Position numbers and translations under genes: made by a program. Below are positions 8,963 through 17,269 of a stretch of 25,404 nucleotides of DNA, piece after piece; the first letter of the stretch is position 1; each line of letters starts with the position of its first letter. Location: NCBI GenBank assembly GCA_003229345.1, contig QIDN01000105.1, positions 1 through 25,404 of the forward strand, written 5' to 3'. The notes beneath the pieces were generated by a model that had not been told where the DNA came from, did no database searches, and worked only from the letters and a program-made list of their open reading frames with translations. The DNA comes from Nitrospirota bacterium. GTDB lineage: Bacteria > Nitrospinota > Nitrospinia > Nitrospinales > Nitrospinaceae.

Positions 8963-10729
8963 GTGTATTCCGGAATTGCCGTATCCAGCGGAGTAGCCAT
9001 CGGTAAAGCCTACCTGCTTGACCGAACCAAGGTGTGCGTCATCAAGCGCAGTATTCCTGAAAAAGGAGTTGAAAAGGAAATCAGGCGCCTGCGCGACGCG
9101 ATTGAAATGTCCAAAGCTCAGATGAAGGACACCAAACAACGAGCCAGTTCCATCGCCGACAAATACGCCATCATCCTCGACACCTACACCCTACTACTGG
9201 AAGACGACATGCTCGTCAACGAAACCATCGAAACCATCAGGCAGGAACGCTGCAACGCCGAATGGGCCTTGACGGTAACTCTCGAAAAATTCACCAACCT
9301 GTTCAACAAAATCAACGATGAATATCTAAAAGGCAAGAAGGATGATCTGGACTTGGTGGTCCATGGGGTCATCAAGAACCTGATCGGCCACCACCAGGAA
9401 AATCTGGCGGATATCGACGAACCGGTCGTCGTCATCACCCATGAATTGAGCCCCTCGGACACCATCCTGATGTCCAAAACCTTTATCCTTGGAATGGCCA
9501 CTGAAGTGGGCGGTAAAACTTCGCATGTTGGCATTTTTGCTTCAGCCTTGGGAATTCCGGCAGTAGTCGGCCTGGTCAATCTCACCGAATTCGTCAACTC
9601 CGGTGATACCGTGATTATCGACGGCATCCAGGGTGAGGTGATCGTCAATCCTGACAAAGAACAATTAAATCATTATCAGAAAAAGCAGAAAAATTACCAA
9701 CGGTATGAAAAAACCTTATTGAAGGACATAGGACTGGAGGCAGAAACGCTGGACGGGGAGAAAGTCCAGCTGATGGCCAACATTGAAACCATCCATGAGG
9801 CTAAATCCATCCGTAAATATGGAGGCGAAGGCATCGGACTCTACCGGACGGAATTCCTGTATCTGGCGGCCAACTCACTGCCGACCGAGAACGACTTGTA
9901 TGCCAACTTTAAAAAAGTCGTACAAACCATGGAGCCCTATCCGGTGGTGATCCGTACCCTGGATATCGGGGCCGACAAGCAACTTTCAAAAATCAACAAT
10001 GCCCCAGAGGACAATCCGGCACTGGGCTTGAGAGGCATTCGCCTCTCACTGGCTCAACCCGACCTTCTTATGGATCAATTGAAGGGAATTTTAAGGGCAA
10101 GCCTTTACGGGAAAACCAAAATCCTATATCCTATGGTCTCCAGTGTGGAGTAAATTGTTGAGGCCAACGGCTACCTGGAAAAGGCTAAAGAGGAGTTAAG
10201 AAGCGCGCAAATTCCCTTCCAAGATGATATTCCAGTGGGAGCCATGATAGAAACTCCGTCAGCGGCTCTCATCGTCGACCGAATTTTGGAATTGGTCGAC
10301 TATATCAGCATCGGTACCAATGATTTGATACAATATGTTCTGGCGGTGGACCGCATCAACGAAAACGTAGCCCACCTTTATCAGCCTTTTCACCCCTCGG
10401 TCCTGAGAATTTTGAGAGATATTTTCGCGGTTGCCGAGAAGATGGGAAAACCGGTCTCCATTTGCGGCGAATTGGGAGGCGATCCCATGGCCACTTTTTT
10501 ACTTTTAGGTTTGGGCAAGGTGCATGAATTGAGCATGGAACCACATTCCATACCCAAAGTGAAAAAAATTCTAAGAAAAGTAACATTGAAGGAAGCCCGT
10601 GAATTAGCCGATCACGCCTTAGGCCTGTCCACCTCCGAAGAAGTCAACCGGTTTATCAATAATGAAATGCGGAGCCGTTTCCCATCTGATTTCGACCGAG
10701 ACTTGGCCTTTGGCGAGAAAAACAAATAA
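8963..10729 (+). pseudogene. ptsI: PEP-protein phosphotransferase (PTS enzyme I) interrupted by an in-frame TAA at 10151-10153
   Basis: ORFs 8963..10153 and 10235..10729 are in one frame and read PMVSSVE*IVEANGYLEKAKEEL...VGAMIETP through the stop (589 codons in total). Motifs: GGKTSHV (phospho-His), GIGLYRTEFLY, RTLDIGADK, NPALGLRGIR, SIGTNDLIQY and ICGELGGDP. Confidence 0.88.
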
Positions 10730-10744
10730 CCGGAGCGCAACTCA

Positions 10745-10759
10745 CCCGCAAAGCGCGGG
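10745..10759 (+). terminator. Possible weak terminator hairpin after ptsI
   Basis: CCCGC-AAAGC-GCGGG followed by ACTTCTCTT. The U-tract is imperfect. Confidence 0.25.
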
Positions 10760-10766
10760 ACTTCTC

Positions 10767-10795
10767 TTGCAATCAATTAAAATTTTGAATAAAAT
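10767..10795 (+). promoter_or_regulatory. Putative sigma70 promoter of metK
   Basis: TTGCAA-17 nt-TAAAAT, 28 nt upstream of the metK ATG. Confidence 0.6.
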
Positions 10796-10823
10796 TTCTC
10801 ACCCTCAAACAAGGTAAGCTTTT

Positions 10824-11984
10824 ATGAGTTCAGGCAATTACTTATTTACTTCCGAATCCGTTTCCGAAGGTCATCCCGATAAAATCTCAGATCAGATTTC
10901 GGATTCTATTCTCGATGCACTCTTAAAACAAGATCCCTATTCCCGTGTCGCTTGTGAAACTTTGGTCACCACGGGACTTGTCGTTATATCCGGCGAAGTA
11001 ACCACCAAGGCCTACGTGGAAATTCCAAAAATCGCACGGCAAACCATCAAGGAAATCGGCTACACCCACTCCGACATGGGGTTTGATTACCAGACCTGCG
11101 GGGTGATGGTTACTTTGGACGAGCAATCCCAGGACATCTCACAGGGCGTGGATGACGATCAGCATGAGCAGGGCGCCGGAGACCAAGGTATGATGTTCGG
11201 TTACGCTTCCAATGAAACCAAGGAATTGATGCCCGCTCCCATCGTGTATGCCCATAAACTGGTCCGGAAACTAGCCGATGTTCGCAAAAAAGGCATCTTA
11301 CCTTTTCTTCGGCCTGACAGCAAATCGCAGGTTTCGATACGCTATGAGAAAGGCAAGCCGGTTTGTATCGAAACCGTCGTTGTCTCTTCTCAGCATGATC
11401 CCGATATCTCCACCAAAAAAATCCGCTCGGAAATCATTGAGGAAGTCGTCAATCATGTGATCCCAAAAAGTTTTCAAGCTAAGAAAATGAAAATCCATGT
11501 CAATCCCACCGGCCGCTTTGTCATTGGAGGTCCCCAGGGGGATTGTGGTTTGACGGGCCGCAAAATCATAGTCGACACTTACGGCGGATTTGCCCGCCAC
11601 GGGGGAGGCGCATTTTCCGGCAAGGATGCCACCAAGGTGGACCGTTCTGCCGCCTACATGGCCCGCTATATCGCCAAAAACCTGGTGGCCGCTAAAATCG
11701 CGGACCGGTGTGAGGTACAATTGGCCTACGCGATCGGCGTCGCCGATCCCGTTTCCATTTTCGTCGATACCTTCAACACGCACCATATCAATCCAAAAAA
11801 TATTGAAGGCCTGATTCGGGATCACTTTGAACTAAAACCCGCTGGAATCATGAAATCGCTGGACCTGAGAAAACCCCGGTTCAAGCAAACCGCAGCCTAC
11901 GGTCATTTCGGCAGAAAAGAAAAAGGCTTTACCTGGGAGCAAACTGATAAAGCGGCGAAGCTGAAAAAGTCCGCAGGCTTGTAA
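10824..11984 (+). CDS. metK: S-adenosylmethionine synthetase
   Basis: [51 protein letters not shown] and TAAYGHFG. Confidence 0.98.
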   Translation: MSSGNYLFTSESVSEGHPDKISDQISDSILDALLKQDPYSRVACETLVTTGLVVISGEVTTKAYVEIPKIARQTIKEIGYTHSDMGFDYQTCGVMVTLDEQSQDISQGVDDDQHEQGAGDQGMMFGYASNETKELMPAPIVYAHKLVRKLADVRKKGILPFLRPDSKSQVSIRYEKGKPVCIETVVVSSQHDPDISTKKIRSEIIEEVVNHVIPKSFQAKKMKIHVNPTGRFVIGGPQGDCGLTGRKIIVDTYGGFARHGGGAFSGKDATKVDRSAAYMARYIAKNLVAAKIADRCEVQLAYAIGVADPVSIFVDTFNTHHINPKNIEGLIRDHFELKPAGIMKSLDLRKPRFKQTAAYGHFGRKEKGFTWEQTDKAAKLKKSAGL

Positions 11985-12094
11985 CCTTTTTCCAGGAAAA
12001 GGAAGGTTGAGAAGACATTAAGAATGAGTAGCTTCACCTACAAGTTTTTAATTTAACCAGACGGCTTTATTTTTTTATAAAGTGAAGGTTTTAT

Positions 12095-13147
12095 ATGACT
12101 GCTGAAATAATTCGCATCGGCATTATTGGGGCGGGCTCCAATACCCGGAAAATACATATCCCGAAACTCCAGGCCATACAAGGAGTCCAGATTGTTGAGG
12201 TCGCGAATCGGACCACGGCCTCTGCCCAGAAAGTTGCTGACGAGTTCCAAATCCCCACCGTTCGAAATCATTGGCGGGAAGTCATCGAATCCAAGGAAGT
12301 CGACGCCATCGTCATCGGAACCTGGCCTTATCTGCATTCCGAGGCTACCTGTGCGGCTTTGCAGGCAAACAAACATGTTCTTTGTGAAGCCAGAATGGCT
12401 ATGAATGAAGTTGAAGCTCGGACCATGCTTCAAGCTGCCTACAAGGATCCTGAATGTGTCGTGCAAATTGTCCCCTCCCCATTTACGTTGCATGCCGATT
12501 CAATCCTGCTCAAAATGCTCGATAGTGGTGATATAGGAACGCCGCGATTTTTTCGTTTCGAATACCAGGCACCTCCTTTGGTTCCACTGGGAGGAGCACT
12601 GCATTGGAGACGAAATAAAAAGTACAGCGGTTCCAATATTATGGTGCTGGGGATTATCTATGAATCCCTCCTCCGTTGGTTCGGTTCCGCCGAATGGGTC
12701 GATGCCCATGCTGAAGTAATCAACAACCGTGCGGTTGATCCCGAAACCAACAGAGAAGTCGAGGTCGAAGTTCCCGACTACCTGTCAGTTCAGATGAAGA
12801 TGACCAACGGCATCATGGGGTCCCTGTTTCTTCATGAACTCAGCACCCGCCCCACCAGTTCCTCCATCAAAATATATGGTGATAAGGGCTTCATCCATCT
12901 AGACTTTGAAACGGACGGCAAACTCTATCTGTCGACAGGTGCGGGAGGCGAGTTGAGTGAAGTACAAATTCCAACCGAACAAGCAGGGAAATGGCGGACG
13001 GAAGAGGAATTCATCAACACCATCCGCGGCCTCGAGGATACGGAGCACACCACTTTCACCACCGGAGTGGAATACATGAAGTTCACTCAGGCGGTGAATG
13101 AAAGTTTCAATGGTGACGGAGAACGCATAATCATACCGCCCGGTTAA
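12095..13147 (+). CDS. Gfo/Idh/MocA family NAD(P)-dependent oxidoreductase
   Basis: Rossmann start IRIGIIGAG, then VDAIVIGTWPYLH and KHVLCEARMA; 350 aa. Confidence 0.88.
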   Translation: MTAEIIRIGIIGAGSNTRKIHIPKLQAIQGVQIVEVANRTTASAQKVADEFQIPTVRNHWREVIESKEVDAIVIGTWPYLHSEATCAALQANKHVLCEARMAMNEVEARTMLQAAYKDPECVVQIVPSPFTLHADSILLKMLDSGDIGTPRFFRFEYQAPPLVPLGGALHWRRNKKYSGSNIMVLGIIYESLLRWFGSAEWVDAHAEVINNRAVDPETNREVEVEVPDYLSVQMKMTNGIMGSLFLHELSTRPTSSSIKIYGDKGFIHLDFETDGKLYLSTGAGGELSEVQIPTEQAGKWRTEEEFINTIRGLEDTEHTTFTTGVEYMKFTQAVNESFNGDGERIIIPPG

Positions 13148-13190
13148 ATCTTCCGTATTTATTTTCAATAAAATCCTCCCCTCTTAAAAA

Positions 13191-13964
13191 TCACGATTTC
13201 CTCCCGACCACAAGAAATCCGCTTCCACCATATACAGTCTCGGAGTGTTCGATGGCAAACCCCGCGCGTTCAACTTCTTCCCGCAGTTCTTCCGGGCGAT
13301 AACCGTGCCACCTGCCGCATTTTAATTGCTTCTCGATATATTTTAATCCCAAATGAAAGGTCAACGGATATACCCCATATTTTTTAACAACCCAGGATCG
13401 TCTCTGACTTCTTAAACTCTCCAGGCTGGCGCGGATAATTTGCTTCGCGTTATAGGAGTGAGTGGGATTGGCGGTCACCAACAACCCGCCCGGCTTCAGG
13501 ACCCTCCCAAATTCCTGATACGCGTGCCTCCGATCGCTTTCTTCCGGCAACGTGTAAATGGAAAAGTGCGCCGCCACACAGGAAACGGAGGCATCACCCA
13601 GCGGCAATTTCATGGAAAGATCCGCTTGCACCCCAGAAACGGAACCCTTCAAATTTAACCGATTCGCTCTGAGTTTCAGTGAAGCGAGGCCCGCCGGCAG
13701 AATATCCATGCCCAAATATCGTTCACCCCTGGTCAACCGATTCGCCAGAAATGGAAGCAGCAATCCTGAACCGCACCCCACATCCAGTACCCACTCCCCT
13801 TTCCCCAGTCTTATTGAGTCTGCTACACGCTGGAGAGACTCGAGATAAACCTCAGGGGACAGCCAGTCATAGAGCCGGGTTTTGAATCCGATCTCCCAGT
13901 ATTGCTTATAGATAGATGAAAAAATAATTGATTCTCCTTCTTGTTCGGTACCTGCAAAATCCAT
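13191..13964 (-). CDS. Class I SAM-dependent methyltransferase
   Basis: Motif I VLDVGCGSG, YLGMDI, QADL, LPLGDASVS and RVLKPGG. Start codon uncertain (see findings). Confidence 0.88.
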   Translation of the reverse strand: MDFAGTEQEGESIIFSSIYKQYWEIGFKTRLYDWLSPEVYLESLQRVADSIRLGKGEWVLDVGCGSGLLLPFLANRLTRGERYLGMDILPAGLASLKLRANRLNLKGSVSGVQADLSMKLPLGDASVSCVAAHFSIYTLPEESDRRHAYQEFGRVLKPGGLLVTANPTHSYNAKQIIRASLESLRSQRRSWVVKKYGVYPLTFHLGLKYIEKQLKCGRWHGYRPEELREEVERAGFAIEHSETVYGGSGFLVVGRKS

Positions 13965-13969
13965 ATAAT
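13941..13969 (+). promoter_or_regulatory. Putative sigma70 promoter for the 14003 gene and the lipase gene
   Basis: TTGTTC-17 nt-TATAAT (consensus -10), 33 nt upstream of TTG 14003. Confidence 0.55.
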
Positions 13970-14002
13970 AGAATCAAACCTTGCTCAAGTGGGAGATTAA
14001 TT

Positions 14003-14437
14003 TTGGCGAAAAAACCCTTCATCAATAAATACGGATTTGTCGAATATCCCTTCCTGCACGACGATCGTAAAGGTAAAAATTGGTGGTTTTTCAACCTTTT
14101 GGAGGACCATTTGAAGCGTCGATCCCGGAAGAAATTTGGACCGGACTATACCAAGCAGAATATGCATGATGACATGCTGACCTTCCTGCACGATACCAAT
14201 CTGAAATTTTATGTCCTGTTGCCTTCCGGCATGGGCATGGAATTTAAACTGATAGGGAAATACGACACGAAGGAATTGGTTCACCTCGAGGACCCGGTGC
14301 CCTACATCACTGAAAAATACGGCGGCGGCAAATTCAAGGTCAATATTTACCACGAGGGCACTTTCGCTGGCACGGAAAATTTCAAAACCCACGGCGATCC
14401 CAAATGGGTCGAAATTCCGGATGACAATCTGGGATGA
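14003..14437 (+). CDS. Hypothetical protein (144 aa)
   Basis: GGGAG RBS at 13991-13995, 7 nt before TTG 14003, with a promoter upstream. The track start at 13928 overlaps the divergent methyltransferase ORF and is unlikely. Confidence 0.78.
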   Translation: MAKKPFINKYGFVEYPFLHDDRKGKNWWFFNLLEDHLKRRSRKKFGPDYTKQNMHDDMLTFLHDTNLKFYVLLPSGMGMEFKLIGKYDTKELVHLEDPVPYITEKYGGGKFKVNIYHEGTFAGTENFKTHGDPKWVEIPDDNLG

Positions 14438-14497
14438 TTGTCCTTTATCAATAAAAGAGATCTATCAGTTGTAGCCTCTTACCTCCATAAGGCAAAA

Positions 14498-15913
14498 ATG
14501 CCTAAGCACATCCAGATACTGTCTCTCTTTTTTCTTTTGATTTCCGCCTGCAGTACTACAGAGCACGTTCCTGATTTAGGTAGCCTGTATAACGCGCTCG
14601 CGATGCATGAGGACCCCAACCGCAACCCGATCCTCGTGATACCCGGCCTGATGGGATCTAAACTGGTCGACCAGAATTCGGGTAAAACCGTCTGGGGAGC
14701 CTTCGGCCTCGGCCAGGTAGACCCCAACACTTCCGAAGGCGCGCGGCTGGTGGCCCTGCCCATGGTCCCGGGCCAACCGCTGAGGGAATTGCATGATAAC
14801 GTTCAGTCTGCAGGGGCGTTGGACCGTATCGTATTTAATTTTCTGGGTTTCCCTTTACAACTCAATGCCTACTATCATATTTTGCAAACCTTGGGTGTGG
14901 GAGGATACCGGGATGAAGCACTGGGCATAGCCGGTGCTATCGACTACGGAGAGGGCCACTATACGTGTTTTCAATTCGATTATGATTGGCGCCGGGATAT
15001 TGTCGAAAGCGCAAAAAACCTGGATCGGCTTATCCAGGAAAAAACCCGCTACGTTCAGGAAGAAACCGAAAAGCGGTTTGGTATTAAACTGGAGAAGGTC
15101 AAATTTGATATCGTCGCCCATTCCATGGGCGGATTGGTCGCGCGTTATTACCTCCGCTACGGCGCGGTGGACCTCCCGGAAGACGGCAGTCTTCCGAAAC
15201 TCACTTGGGCCGGCGCCCGGCATGTGGATCATCTCATATTGATCGGCACCCCCAACGCCGGTTCATTGGGTTCCCTTCAGAACCTCATTTCCGGAGTCAG
15301 CCTGGAAACCCTGTTCCCCCACTACTCTGCCGCTGTATTGGGCACCATGCCCTCGATGTATGAATTACTCCCTCGGGGGCGTCATGTTCCTTTGTTAAGG
15401 GCCAACGGCCAACCGGTGGACGATCTTTTTGATCCGGAATTGTGGAAAAACCAGCAATGGGGTCTGGCCGATCCGGAACAGGATCATATTCTCAAATTAC
15501 TCCTGCCAGAAGTCGAGAGCCGGGAACAAAGGCTCGAAATCGCACTGGATCACCAGGCCAAGGCTTTACGCCGAGCCCGGCAATTCGCTGCGGCCATAGA
15601 CGTTCCGGCGAAACCGCCGGATTCACTCAAGTTGCTTTTAATTGCGGGAGATGCCGAAGAAACCAAAATGACGGCCCAAATTAATCCTGAAGGGGGAGTA
15701 AAAATAGTTAAAACCGGCCCGGGGGATGGCACCGTTCTGCGCAGTAGTGCTCTTATGGACGAGCGGATGGCGGACAATCGCCAGAGCCGATTGATTTCAC
15801 CGATTCACTGGAGCCAGGTGCACTTTATTTTTTCCGATCATCTGGGGCTTACCAAGACCCCCGCCTTTACTGACAACGTCCTTTACTTTCTACTGGAGAG
15901 TCCCCGGAATTAG
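14498..15913 (+). CDS. Lipoprotein, alpha/beta-hydrolase of LCAT/PGAP1-like lipase/acyltransferase type
   Basis: Lipobox LISAC after a hydrophobic stretch from ATG 14498. Motifs: ILVIPGLMGS, FDYDWR, nucleophile elbow AHSMGG, IGTPNAGS, GDGTV (Asp) and SDHLGL (His). Confidence 0.85.
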   Translation: MPKHIQILSLFFLLISACSTTEHVPDLGSLYNALAMHEDPNRNPILVIPGLMGSKLVDQNSGKTVWGAFGLGQVDPNTSEGARLVALPMVPGQPLRELHDNVQSAGALDRIVFNFLGFPLQLNAYYHILQTLGVGGYRDEALGIAGAIDYGEGHYTCFQFDYDWRRDIVESAKNLDRLIQEKTRYVQEETEKRFGIKLEKVKFDIVAHSMGGLVARYYLRYGAVDLPEDGSLPKLTWAGARHVDHLILIGTPNAGSLGSLQNLISGVSLETLFPHYSAAVLGTMPSMYELLPRGRHVPLLRANGQPVDDLFDPELWKNQQWGLADPEQDHILKLLLPEVESREQRLEIALDHQAKALRRARQFAAAIDVPAKPPDSLKLLLIAGDAEETKMTAQINPEGGVKIVKTGPGDGTVLRSSALMDERMADNRQSRLISPIHWSQVHFIFSDHLGLTKTPAFTDNVLYFLLESPRN

Positions 15914-15932
15914 GATAGGATTCTTGATCGAA

Positions 15933-17003
15933 TCAAACGAAATTGTAGGCGAAACATCCGCTGGTGCAGGTTACCATGTAATGTGGACAGCTTTTGCAGG
16001 GTTCTTTCGCTTGCGTGTCCTCAAAAACATGGCCAAGGAATTTGGTGTGCATTTTCTTCACAGCGATATCATTGACTTCCTTGAAGTCCTGGACATTCCC
16101 CAATTTAAGATCATGAAACGGGAAACAATTGAAACAGTCGCCTGTGGGACCGATGTCCATCGGGCTGTCATCCGAACAACCAAAATTTAAATCCTGGTCC
16201 TTCCACTTCGTGATATCCGGAACCGGCTGGTTGGCATGATAAAAAAACCGTTCCACCAGAGGATATTCTTTCTCCGAGATATTGTCTAACAAACAGGGTG
16301 GAAACGAACAGTCGAACCGGAACGTCAACTGTGGATACTCCTTGAGAAGGTCAATCATCTTGCGTCCCATCCTGGGAAAGTCTTTGATCGGCAACGTCAC
16401 ATTATTCTCCTGCTCACCCACAATGGGAAAGGCGGGGCTGACCCGGATTTTGTAACTCTGCCCTTCCGGCAAACCCATGTCCTGATAAATGGCGTCGATT
16501 TCGCGGCACTGGGTCTCAAGGTCCTGCTCAACCGAATACAAATTGAGGCTGAACATGAGGCTGTAGGCATTTTCTCCGAGAAACGCTTCCGCCACCTCCC
16601 GGCAACGTTGATGATTGCGTTCGCTGATGTTCTCCTTGGTCTGCCAGTTCAGGAGGATCGAGAATTGAATCTGGCGTTGGATACTGCCCTCCGGCCCGAC
16701 CGTCTTCAACAACAGGTCCAGAGTCTTGTCCGGCATCAATCCATTGGTGAAGACCCCGAGATAGGCGAACGGTTGCATGGTCTCCAGGGTGCTGGAAAGA
16801 ATATCGTTGAACCGGGGATGCAGGGTCGGCTCACCGCCCATGAAGTTGATGAGAGTGACGTTTTTGACCCGCGGCAACATTTCCCCGATGAAAAATTCGT
16901 AATCCATGGATTTCCCGGGGGTCTTCACGTTCTCTTCCATGTATTCATCAGCGAAGCAGTAATTACACTTCAAATTACAATAACTATTCAAAATCAGGTT
17001 CAT
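15933..17003 (-). CDS. Radical SAM enzyme with C-terminal SPASM-type auxiliary Fe-S domain (356 aa)
   Basis: CNLKCNYC (CxxxCxxC), FMGGEPTLHP and VFTNG. C-terminal C-x11-G-x4-C and CKSC-x6-C-x3-C. ATG 17003 has GGAG upstream; the track start at 17102 is less likely. Confidence 0.9.
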   Translation of the reverse strand: MNLILNSYCNLKCNYCFADEYMEENVKTPGKSMDYEFFIGEMLPRVKNVTLINFMGGEPTLHPRFNDILSSTLETMQPFAYLGVFTNGLMPDKTLDLLLKTVGPEGSIQRQIQFSILLNWQTKENISERNHQRCREVAEAFLGENAYSLMFSLNLYSVEQDLETQCREIDAIYQDMGLPEGQSYKIRVSPAFPIVGEQENNVTLPIKDFPRMGRKMIDLLKEYPQLTFRFDCSFPPCLLDNISEKEYPLVERFFYHANQPVPDITKWKDQDLNFGCSDDSPMDIGPTGDCFNCFPFHDLKLGNVQDFKEVNDIAVKKMHTKFLGHVFEDTQAKEPCKSCPHYMVTCTSGCFAYNFV

Positions 17004-17157
17004 TGAACAACGGCTCCATTGGCGCAAGGCCAATTCCAAAATGCAGGATGAGCCCTGCGAGATACCTTTCGGATCACTCCTGTTTACCCTGCTCAAAGCC
17101 ACTCCGCTCGGATTGACCTGATGCTAAAACCGCTCTTTCCACAGGGATATCGGTGGC

Positions 17158-17185
17158 TTGCATTATATAGGAAATCTCCTATAAT
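17158..17185. promoter_or_regulatory. Divergent promoter region with a 7-4-7 palindrome
   Basis: On the + strand, TTGCAT-16 nt-TATAAT; on the - strand, TATAAT at 17167-17162. The palindrome TATAGGA-AATC-TCCTATA is at 17166-17183. Confidence 0.55.
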
Positions 17186-17269
17186 TGATCTGAATTTCAC
17201 CGACACACATTTATATTACGGGGAGCAGAGTGAGTCCCCCATCAGGAATCCTCAAGCCTCCGAAACATC

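Noticed and set aside
10151-10153. Programmed recoding (Sec, Pyl or alternative genetic code) of the ptsI stop
   Set aside because: The codon is TAA, which is the normal terminator of many genes here (glgP, tsaE, metK and others), and no recoding element was seen.
10730-10823. SAM riboswitch upstream of metK
   Set aside because: The predicted promoter leaves a leader of only about 20 nt, and no SAM-I core (AUC..GAG, GCAACC, GUGC) is present.
11984-12010. Terminator after metK
   Set aside because: The CCTTTTTCC/GGAAAAGG pairing is imperfect with a tiny loop and no U-tract, so it is not supportable.
17026-17064. SAM-I-like 3' fragment on the + strand (GGCCAATTCC...GCAG...CTGCGAGAT)
   Set aside because: The 5' half is missing, the region upstream is radical SAM coding sequence on the other strand, and the orientation is wrong for regulating that gene.
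17050-17150. TPP- or c-di-GMP-I-like words (GAGATACC, ACCTGAT, AGGGTAAAC...GAAA)
   Set aside because: Only scattered partial matches. Invariant elements (CUGAGA, UAAU..CAGCG, GACGCAAAGC) are absent.
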